A DNA stretch of 64,000 nucleotides from Candidatus Micrarchaeia archaeon. Lineage in GTDB: Archaea > Micrarchaeota > Micrarchaeia > Micrarchaeales > CABMGC01. Under the pieces are notes generated by a model, which was not told where the DNA came from, searched no databases, and was given only the letters and a program-made list of their open reading frames with translations. A program made the position numbers and the translations under genes. Shown here one piece after another: positions 38,312 through 45,622 of this stretch. The number at the start of each line of letters is the position of its first letter. Positions within the stretch are counted from its first letter, which is position 1. The stretch spans positions 3,773-67,772 of the forward strand of contig JBMFHL010000001.1 in the NCBI GenBank assembly GCA_049976845.1, given 5' to 3'.

Positions 38312-39073
38312 TTATTCCTTCTCCTTTTTCAACTCAACGACTCCCCCTATCGACTTTATCTCTTTATTAAGTAAATCCTGCGCTTTTTTTATCCTATTTT
38401 CAGCATCAGGAAAGTTTGAATCCTCTGAAGTAAATTTGTAATGAGGGGCGCCCAAGTAAAGCACATTTACCCCTAGCTTAGAAACGTCGTTAAGCAGCTT
38501 TTTTATCTTATTTATTCCATCCTTTGTATCATATACAAGTATTTTTGCAGTATATGCCACTTTGTACCTCTTCGGCTTGACATTCTTTGCCACTATTTCA
38601 GATAGCGCGGACTTGAAGTTACTATCTACATTCCCTATATCCTTACCCTCCGAAACGCTTTCGATTATTTCGGAATAAGAGATAAAGGTACTTGAAAGGG
38701 TCTTTTCTATCTCCGCTTCCTGCGCTTCCTTCTTTGCGGCGACTATTGCTTGCTTGAATAGTTTCTCAGATCTTTTTTCTGTATTATACGAGTCTATCTT
38801 TTCTTTCTCTTCTTTCTTACTAACTTTTTTTAGTGATATGTCTACTGCCCTCTTCTCATGGTCTACAAATATAACTTTAGCTACAGCCTGCTGCCCTTCT
38901 CTTATGAATTCGTGTATATTCTTAATCCATCCTGGGGCAACTTCTTTTATGGGCAGATACGCTTCTATGTTTTTGTATTCAACAAATTCACAGTATGCTC
39001 CGAAAGGCATTACTTTTTTTATTTTTACTAAGACTATTTCTCCATTTTCAGGAAGTTCTTTATGCGTAAACAT
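38312..39073 (-). CDS. Translation initiation factor aIF2 alpha subunit
   Basis: An N-terminal S1 domain is present (LPENGEIVLVKIKKVMPFGAYCEFVEYKNIEAYLPIKEV...IREGQQAVAKVIFVD...DISLKKV), followed by helical and alpha-beta domains. Confidence 0.9.
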   Translation of the reverse strand: MFTHKELPENGEIVLVKIKKVMPFGAYCEFVEYKNIEAYLPIKEVAPGWIKNIHEFIREGQQAVAKVIFVDHEKRAVDISLKKVSKKEEKEKIDSYNTEKRSEKLFKQAIVAAKKEAQEAEIEKTLSSTFISYSEIIESVSEGKDIGNVDSNFKSALSEIVAKNVKPKRYKVAYTAKILVYDTKDGINKIKKLLNDVSKLGVNVLYLGAPHYKFTSEDSNFPDAENRIKKAQDLLNKEIKSIGGVVELKKEKE

Positions 39074-39078
39074 TCAGA

Positions 39079-39363
39079 TCAGCGTTTTATTTCTACCTTC
39101 TTTTTTGTCCTTTTGCCAAGGACCCTCTCTATGCTTTTGTTACATACTGTGCATGTCAGCAAAACTTTTTGCTTTTTTCCTAGCTTCTTTGGATGTGCTT
39201 TTGGCTCGACACTGCCTACATGACCTTTTATTGCCCTTGCGTGCCTTCTTGAACCTACATTTAGCCAGCGCTCAGGCTTTTTTGAATATATTTTTACTGT
39301 ATGTTTTGTATGCTTGTTGCAATATGGGCAGTAAGCCATTACCTCTTTTTGTATCTTCATCAA
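39079..39363 (-). CDS. rpl44e: 50S ribosomal protein eL42 (L44e)
   Basis: A zinc ribbon is present (CPYCNKHTKHTV...CTVCNK). The basic 94-aa protein reads KPERW..GSRRHARAIKG. Confidence 0.9.
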   Translation of the reverse strand: MMKIQKEVMAYCPYCNKHTKHTVKIYSKKPERWLNVGSRRHARAIKGHVGSVEPKAHPKKLGKKQKVLLTCTVCNKSIERVLGKRTKKKVEIKR

Positions 39364-39369
39364 ATCACT

Positions 39370-39849
39370 TCAATTTACTATTTCTCCGAGTTTATTCTTT
39401 AATATGAAGTCTGTGTCATTTTCATCTTCTACTTCTATCGTTTGGTTTTGCTTGAAAGGCCCGAGTTTGTTTCCTTTTGGTGTAATTACTTCTGGTATAT
39501 CTGAGAGTATTTTTACTCTCTTTAATGAAGGCTTCGTTGTACTTTCTGAAAGCATATTTTTAATTTTATTATAAATTTCTTCCTCTTCTGCTGTAGAGTA
39601 AGAAGGTAATTGTTTATTATATGCAATGTATATTAAAATCTTTTGCATTCTCCGCTCTTTTAGTATATTTAAAAGTTTCCTGAAGTTGTTTATATACTGC
39701 GTTTTTTGTGGATCTTTTTGCTGATTTTCTATGTTTTTTATGTATGTTTCTGCATCTTCAAAGAAGTTTTTAGGCAATGGCAATATTTCTCCTGTTTTCT
39801 TTTCCGCTTGCACTTTTTCGAATAAGAGTTCAGGAGAAATTTCTTCCAT
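39370..39849 (-). CDS. GINS subunit-like protein (Gins51/Sld5-type A domain)
   Basis: The sequence LLFEKVQAEKKTGEILPLPKNFFEDAETYI...LLNILKERRMQKILIYIA fits the archaeal GINS A-domain pattern. The assignment is by pattern only. Confidence 0.5.
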   Translation of the reverse strand: MEEISPELLFEKVQAEKKTGEILPLPKNFFEDAETYIKNIENQQKDPQKTQYINNFRKLLNILKERRMQKILIYIAYNKQLPSYSTAEEEEIYNKIKNMLSESTTKPSLKRVKILSDIPEVITPKGNKLGPFKQNQTIEVEDENDTDFILKNKLGEIVN

Positions 39850-40010
39850 GGCAATACCTGTATATATTTCAACCGCAAAGCAAATAAACTAAATGCACCA
39901 CCCTATACTTCCACTATTCGCTCTCTTTTATATATATAATAAAAAATAAATTATAAAACTTTGTTATAATTGCTTTTTTACAGAATAAAAAAATAGTGGA
40001 ACTGTGGTGT

Positions 40011-40085
40011 TAGCGAGGGATGGATTTGAACCACCGATCTCCGGGTTATGAGCCCGGCGGGCACTCCATGCTACCCTACCTCGCT
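40011..40085 (-). tRNA. Initiator tRNA-Met (CAT)
   Basis: The reverse complement folds as follows: acceptor AGCGAGG/CCTCGCT with A1:U72, anticodon arm CCGGG-CTCATAA-CCCGG with G29-31:C39-41, T arm GGTGG-TTCAAAT-CCATC, discriminator A. Confidence 0.9.
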
Positions 40086-40844
40086 TTAAGCATAAGTAAC
40101 AGCTTCTTTTTCAACTATTCTCTCAGCATCTTCCCTGCTTATCCTGACAAGTTTTCCTCCGCAATCGCACTTAAAATTCATCTCCATCGCAGTTTCAAAA
40201 GGGAATAGGGTCCTCTGCTTCTCAAAACAAGCTTCACAAATGAAAAAATCATTGCAGTTATCTGGCAATATATATGCAGAATTTTTAACTTCGGTTAGTA
40301 AGTTTTCTTTAACCTTTTTAATATTTTCAAAATTTATATACCATTTAAATGTAAGCCAACCCTTACTATCTTTATTTGTATCATATTTGGCAATACCATA
40401 AGTATTAAGCGTATTTAAAATCCTCCTAACCTCATTTATCTTTATATTCAGTGAAGTAGAGAGGTCATCATCAGTTTGTGGTTCCCTTAATGCAGACAAT
40501 ATATCCAAAGCCCTCTTGCCAACAGCCTTTACAATATAATTAGAAAAACTATTGTCTTTTATCATCTCATCAATAAGTGATGCATTATAAGAAGCCTTTG
40601 CTTCAGCTTCTATCAACCTATTTTTTTCCAAAGAAAGCTTCTTTTTATCTATAGCAACCTTTTTACTTATCTTATTTGATCTATTGGAAAGTTTGTGGTT
40701 AATGGACCTGTAACCTTTTCTAATATTCATAGACTTAGGTGCAATATGCCTCTTATTCATTTTTTTAGAGCCAGAGCTCTGCTTTTTATGTGAAAAATGA
40801 CGAGTTACCTTCTTTTTTATTTTTGATTTAGACAAGAGCATCAC
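40086..40844 (-). CDS. tfe: Transcription factor E (TFE/TFIIE-alpha homolog) with a possible 93-aa basic N-terminal extension
   Basis: A winged helix (VGKRALDILSALREPQTDDDLSTSLNIKINEVRRILNTLNTYGIAKY...WLTFKWYINF) and a zinc ribbon (CEAC...CDCGGKL) are present. An internal ATG at 40565 would give a canonical-length protein. Confidence 0.75.
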   Translation of the reverse strand: MMLLSKSKIKKKVTRHFSHKKQSSGSKKMNKRHIAPKSMNIRKGYRSINHKLSNRSNKISKKVAIDKKKLSLEKNRLIEAEAKASYNASLIDEMIKDNSFSNYIVKAVGKRALDILSALREPQTDDDLSTSLNIKINEVRRILNTLNTYGIAKYDTNKDSKGWLTFKWYINFENIKKVKENLLTEVKNSAYILPDNCNDFFICEACFEKQRTLFPFETAMEMNFKCDCGGKLVRISREDAERIVEKEAVTYA

Positions 40845-40973
40845 CTACCTTAAAGCAACACTATATTATATGTGGGTTTTAATATAAATATATTCCGTTT
40901 TTTAGAAAATTAAAATAAATAAAATAACAAAATAAACACGTTTTTTGTATTTTAACTTTTTCTCAGAATATCT

Positions 40974-41048
40974 CGGGCCCGAGGGGATTTGAACCCCTGA
41001 CTTACTGGTTAAGAGCCAGTCACTCTGACCAAACTGAGTTACGGGCCC
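40974..41048 (-). tRNA. tRNA-Lys (CTT)
   Basis: The reverse complement folds as follows: acceptor GGGCCCG/CGGGCCC, D arm ACTC/GAGT, anticodon arm ACTGG-CTCTTAA-CCAGT, T arm AGGGG-TTCAAAT-CCCCT, discriminator G. Confidence 0.95.
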
Positions 41049-41093
41049 AGTATAAGGACATTTGCGAATAAAGGCTTATATTAGTTTTGAGTA

Positions 41094-42239
41094 TTACAGA
41101 TCTAAAATCCTATTAACTGCATTTCTGACTTTTTTAATATTCCTTTTCTCACAAGCAATCAAAAGCTTTTTGTTCTGTGAATTTGCCTCTTCTAATCCTT
41201 TTATAATAAGCGAAGTATTCTCTAAAGTGCCTATCTTTTTACCAAATCTATTGAGTATTGGTGTGTTCTCTACTGTGTCTTTTGGGAAGATCTTAGTGAC
41301 AATTAGTTCTGTTTTATCCAAATCAACATACTTAAGTATTTCCTCCTCAATCTCCTTTTCGCTTAGGCTAAAATCTTTAGGCACTCTATCATAAAATACC
41401 CTCTTAAAAAGCTTCCTCTCAATTATTCTGTTTAAGAGAGGTGCAGATGGCTTATAAGACAACAATGTATTCATCATTTCAAAATCATTTAACGTTTTTA
41501 AAAGCGTCTTATCAAGATATCCATTATCTATTGCAGCTTCTACTGCACGCTCAAACATACCTTCTGCAATAAGTGTAGTATGGTGTAAATAAACAGATGT
41601 AAACATGAAATATCTTGCTAAAAGTATAGATTCAGCAGAAGGAATCCCCTGTGCATAAATAGACAGCTTGCCATTATACAGTGCAATCTTGCTTTTTAGC
41701 TGTTGATAGTCTATCACTCCATATGTGGCTCCTGTGTAATACGCATCCCGAAGCAGGTAATCTAATCTATCCGAGCCAAGCGAAGCGGTAATAACCTCTC
41801 CTCTCTCCTTGCCCTCTAGCATCTTCAATATTCTATTCAGCGAAAGTCCGCTATCGCTTATGACGTTTTTTATATCTGATTCTTTAATTATCTCCTTGCC
41901 TAGCTCTTCATGCGAAGTATGCAGATATCTTTTCAACAAGCGATCTAAACTATGCGAAAAGGACGCATGGCCAATATCATGCACAAGGCCCGCTACGCAA
42001 AGATCCTCCGCAGCATCTTCCTCTACCCCAATACTTTTCGTAAGCTCTTTGGTTATATAAAGTGTCCCAAGCGAGTGTTCAAAGCGCGAGTGGGTAGCCC
42101 CAGGGTATATAAGGTAAACAAATCCTGTCTGTCTTATATAGCGGAGTCGCTGCATGTGTTTGTCCTCTATAATCTTTTCCTCTGTTTCTGTCAAGTTTAT
42201 ATTTCCAAATATTGGGTCTTTTATGAACATGTTCACCAT
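41094..42239 (-). CDS. HD-domain metal-dependent phosphohydrolase (dNTP triphosphohydrolase-like)
   Basis: The sequence is HSRFEHSLGTLYI...AGLVHDIGHASFSH...DRLDYLLRDAYYTG. Confidence 0.8.
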   Translation of the reverse strand: MVNMFIKDPIFGNINLTETEEKIIEDKHMQRLRYIRQTGFVYLIYPGATHSRFEHSLGTLYITKELTKSIGVEEDAAEDLCVAGLVHDIGHASFSHSLDRLLKRYLHTSHEELGKEIIKESDIKNVISDSGLSLNRILKMLEGKERGEVITASLGSDRLDYLLRDAYYTGATYGVIDYQQLKSKIALYNGKLSIYAQGIPSAESILLARYFMFTSVYLHHTTLIAEGMFERAVEAAIDNGYLDKTLLKTLNDFEMMNTLLSYKPSAPLLNRIIERKLFKRVFYDRVPKDFSLSEKEIEEEILKYVDLDKTELIVTKIFPKDTVENTPILNRFGKKIGTLENTSLIIKGLEEANSQNKKLLIACEKRNIKKVRNAVNRILDL

Positions 42240-43546
42240 TTTTTAACAAAGTCCCTTATTATACCATCAAATTCCTTCCCAATAGGGGCAAGTTCATATG
42301 TTACCTGCACTATTGGCTTGTTTACTTTTACTATCTTCCTTAGGTCTGTAGGGGTTCCAGAAATAACAATGTCGCATTTCGCATTATTTATTACTTCGGT
42401 GAGCTCCTTTACCTGCATTTTGCTGTAACCTATCGCAGGAAGTATCCTCTCTATATTATACTTCTCATAGGTTTTCTTTATTGTTCCAATCGCATACCTT
42501 CTTGCATCAATTATCTCCCTGGCTCCATAATTCTTGGCTGCGACTACTGCCGCTCCAAACTTCATATTTCCATGGGTGACTGTGGGCCCATCTTCTATAA
42601 CAAGTGCCGTTTTCCCTTTTATCAATTCTTCAGGATCTGCATTTATCTTAGATTCTGCATATACTATTTTGGCTTTTGCATTTATACTTTTTAGGTTGCG
42701 TTTAATCTCGCTTAACTCCATCTTACTTGCAGAATTTACTTTATTCACAACGAGTACATCTGCCATTCTTGCGACCGTCTCTCCAGGATAATACCCAAGC
42801 TCATTTCCTACTCTGAGTGGATCTGCTACAGTTATCATAAGATCCGGTTTTATGAAAGGTGCGTCGTTGTTGCCACCATCCCATATAATAACATCTGCCT
42901 CTTTTTCAGCAGCTTTTAGTATTTTTCCATAGTCCACTCCAGAATAAACAACAGTGCCTTCCCTAATGTGCGGTTCATAATCTTCCCTCTCTTCGATGGT
43001 GCATTTCTGTTTGTCCAAATCTTCAAGCGCACCAAAACGCTGTACCTCCTGCTCTTTAAGATCTCCATATGGCATTGGATGCCTAATAACTACAGGCGTT
43101 TTTCCTAGTTTTTTTATTAACCTGGATATGTATCTGGATGTTGGGCTTTTTCCGCTTCCGGTCCTTACAGCGCATACTGCTATTACGGGTTTTACCGATT
43201 TTAGCATCGTGTGCTCTGGAGAAATAAGCCAGAAATCTGCTCCGTGTGAATTTGCAATGCTTGCTTTGTGCATTACCTCCGCATAAGGCAAGTCGCTGTA
43301 TGCTAGCAAGCAAGCGTCAATTTTATATCTGTCTATCAAGTCTCCAAGTTTAGACTCATCAAAAATTTTTATACCATTTGGGTAAAGTTTGCCTGCAAGT
43401 TCTTTGGGATATCTTCTGTCTACTATAAAAGGAATCTGGTTTGCAGTAAATGCAATAATTTCATAATCTGCATTGTCGCGGAAAAGCATATTGAAATCAT
43501 GAAAATCCCTTCCTGCAGCGCCAAGAATCAAGATTCTCTTCCTCAT
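42233..43546 (-). CDS. P-loop NTPase, COG2403-like predicted GTPase / cyclic 2,3-diphosphoglycerate-synthetase-like
   Basis: The N-terminal ILILGAAGRDFHDFN and the P-loop VRTGSGKS are present. It overlaps the downstream HD gene by 7 nt. The family call is from memory and is tentative. Confidence 0.5.
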   Translation of the reverse strand: MRKRILILGAAGRDFHDFNMLFRDNADYEIIAFTANQIPFIVDRRYPKELAGKLYPNGIKIFDESKLGDLIDRYKIDACLLAYSDLPYAEVMHKASIANSHGADFWLISPEHTMLKSVKPVIAVCAVRTGSGKSPTSRYISRLIKKLGKTPVVIRHPMPYGDLKEQEVQRFGALEDLDKQKCTIEEREDYEPHIREGTVVYSGVDYGKILKAAEKEADVIIWDGGNNDAPFIKPDLMITVADPLRVGNELGYYPGETVARMADVLVVNKVNSASKMELSEIKRNLKSINAKAKIVYAESKINADPEELIKGKTALVIEDGPTVTHGNMKFGAAVVAAKNYGAREIIDARRYAIGTIKKTYEKYNIERILPAIGYSKMQVKELTEVINNAKCDIVISGTPTDLRKIVKVNKPIVQVTYELAPIGKEFDGIIRDFVKKW

Positions 43547-43697
43547 GTAATCACAATTAAAACTTGCTTGAAAAGGATATTAAATTTAGATGGTTAAAAA
43601 CAAGACTTAATGTACTAATTACTCTCGTCATGCCATCCTCAAAAGGTTTATAAGGATTGAATTCAATATAATATAAAAACGGCCAGTGCTGATACCT

Positions 43698-45614
43698 ATG
43701 TCAAATGAATCAGAGGAGTATAACGCTTCTAAAATAATAGTGCTAGAAGGTGTGCAAGGAGTAAGGAAAAGGCCGGCAATGTATATAGGGTCAACAGGTT
43801 CAAGCGGAGTGTTGCACTTGCTATTTGAAGTAATTGATAATGCCGTAGATGAAGCTATCGCCGGCTACTGTAAAAATATTATAGTGCATCTAACCGAGGC
43901 AGAAAATGGTGACATTGCAGAAGTGATAGATGACGGCAGAGGGATACCTATAGACATAATGCCAAAGTATAACAAGAGTGCCTTAGAGGTAATAATGACC
44001 TCCTTGCATTCAGGCGCCAAATTTAGCAACGATGTATATAAAACTGCCGGGGGTCTTCATGGTGTTGGCCTTACCGTTGTAAATGCACTATCTTCAGTGC
44101 TTGAGGTCAGGGTCAAAAAAGGAGGAAAGGAGTACATGCAAACCTATAGTAGGGGACTTCCAACTTCTGAGCTAAAAGAAGTGGGAGTTGCCACGGATAC
44201 AGGAACTTCAATAAAATTTCAGCCGGATCCTGAGATATTCCCTTCTACAAAATTTGATTCTGATCTATTAAAAGAGAGGTTGAGATATACAAGTTTCTTG
44301 AATCCTGGGCTTAAACTATTCTTTATAGATGATAGGTTTAATTCCCACGAAGAAAGCCAGTACTATTCGCAAAATGGGCTTGCAGATTTTCTTTCAGAAC
44401 TAAATAAAAATACAACCACCATAACCAGTCCGATACATTACAAAAAGCAGGTTGATAATGTGATGGTTGAAATAGCATTGCAATACAACAACAGCTACGA
44501 CGAGAAAATAGAATCATTTGTAAATAGTATAAAGACAAACGACGGCGGCACGCACGTTATAGGTTTTCATGCAGCATTGACAAGGGCAATATCAAACTAC
44601 CTGTTGCAAAATAAAAATGCGAGCAGCAAGAAAGAGGTAAAAATTACAGGAGAAGATGTAAGAGAGGGCCTTTCAGCAATAGTAAATGTACTGATGCAGA
44701 ATCCAGAGTTCGAAGGGCAAACAAAAGAAAGACTTGGAAATACGCAAATAAAAAGCATAGTTGAAAGCAGCGTTTATTCTTTCCTTTCACAATACTTAGA
44801 AGAGCATCCTAGTGATGCAAAGGCAATAGTAGAGAAAGCGACAAATGCAAGTTTAGCTAGAGAGAGTGCAAGGAAGGCCAGGGAGCTAGTGAGAAAGAAG
44901 AGTATATTTGATGGCGCGATACTACCAGGCAAATTGGCAGACTGCATAGAATCTGATCCAGAAAAATGTGAAATATTTATAGTAGAAGGCGAGAGCGCAG
45001 GCGGCTCAAGCAAGCAAGGTAGGGACAAGAGGATACAAGCAATACTTCCATTAAGAGGGAAAATTCTTAATGTCGAAAAAGCAAGCGATGAAAGAATATT
45101 TGATAATGCGGAAATACATACAATGGTCACAGCATTTGGGACAGGAATAAAAGAAACGTTTAATGTGGAAAACATAAGGTACAAAAAAATAATCATTATG
45201 ACGGATGCTGATGTTGATGGGAGCCATATAAGGACGTTGCTCCTCACGTTTTTCTATAGGTACCTCAAAAAAATATTAGACCTGGGGTATGTATACATAG
45301 CGCAGCCTCCACTATATAAAATCTCTAAAGGGAAAGAAGAGTATTACTGCTACAGCGATGCAGAATTAGAAGCTAAAATGAAAGAACTGGGAGACAAAGT
45401 AAATCTACAAAGGTACAAAGGATTAGGAGAAATGAACCCTGAGCAATTGTGGGAAACTACAATGAATCCAGAAAAACGCATCCTCAAAAAAGTTCTTGTA
45501 AACAATGCCGAAAGGGCAGAAAGATTGTTCACAATACTCATGGGTATTGATGTTCAGCAACGTAGAAAATTCTTGGAGGAGCATTCAGGCGAAGCCGCCT
45601 TCCTAGATATATAG
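43698..45614 (+). CDS. gyrB: DNA gyrase subunit B
   Basis: GHKL ATPase motifs (LEGVQGVRKRPAMYIGS, HLLFEVIDNAVDE, GGLHGVG), Toprim motifs (EIFIVEGESAGGS, MTDADVDGSHI) and YKGLGEMNPEQLWETTM are present. I chose ATG 43698. The ORF track opens at GTG 43686. Confidence 0.95.
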   Translation: MSNESEEYNASKIIVLEGVQGVRKRPAMYIGSTGSSGVLHLLFEVIDNAVDEAIAGYCKNIIVHLTEAENGDIAEVIDDGRGIPIDIMPKYNKSALEVIMTSLHSGAKFSNDVYKTAGGLHGVGLTVVNALSSVLEVRVKKGGKEYMQTYSRGLPTSELKEVGVATDTGTSIKFQPDPEIFPSTKFDSDLLKERLRYTSFLNPGLKLFFIDDRFNSHEESQYYSQNGLADFLSELNKNTTTITSPIHYKKQVDNVMVEIALQYNNSYDEKIESFVNSIKTNDGGTHVIGFHAALTRAISNYLLQNKNASSKKEVKITGEDVREGLSAIVNVLMQNPEFEGQTKERLGNTQIKSIVESSVYSFLSQYLEEHPSDAKAIVEKATNASLARESARKARELVRKKSIFDGAILPGKLADCIESDPEKCEIFIVEGESAGGSSKQGRDKRIQAILPLRGKILNVEKASDERIFDNAEIHTMVTAFGTGIKETFNVENIRYKKIIIMTDADVDGSHIRTLLLTFFYRYLKKILDLGYVYIAQPPLYKISKGKEEYYCYSDAELEAKMKELGDKVNLQRYKGLGEMNPEQLWETTMNPEKRILKKVLVNNAERAERLFTILMGIDVQQRRKFLEEHSGEAAFLDI

Positions 45615-45622
45615 GTATAGAT

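Noticed and set aside
38754-39407. A 217-aa plus-strand ORF spanning the aIF2-alpha / L44e junction.
   Set aside because: It is antisense to two well-supported genes and crosses their intergenic spacer. The sequence is low complexity (runs of F, L, S and C).
39850-41093. A possible integrated element at the tRNA-iMet / tRNA-Lys cluster. tRNAs are common integration targets.
   Set aside because: I saw no integrase, no direct repeat of a tRNA 3' end, and no foreign-looking genes. The only gene between the tRNAs is the core factor tfe.
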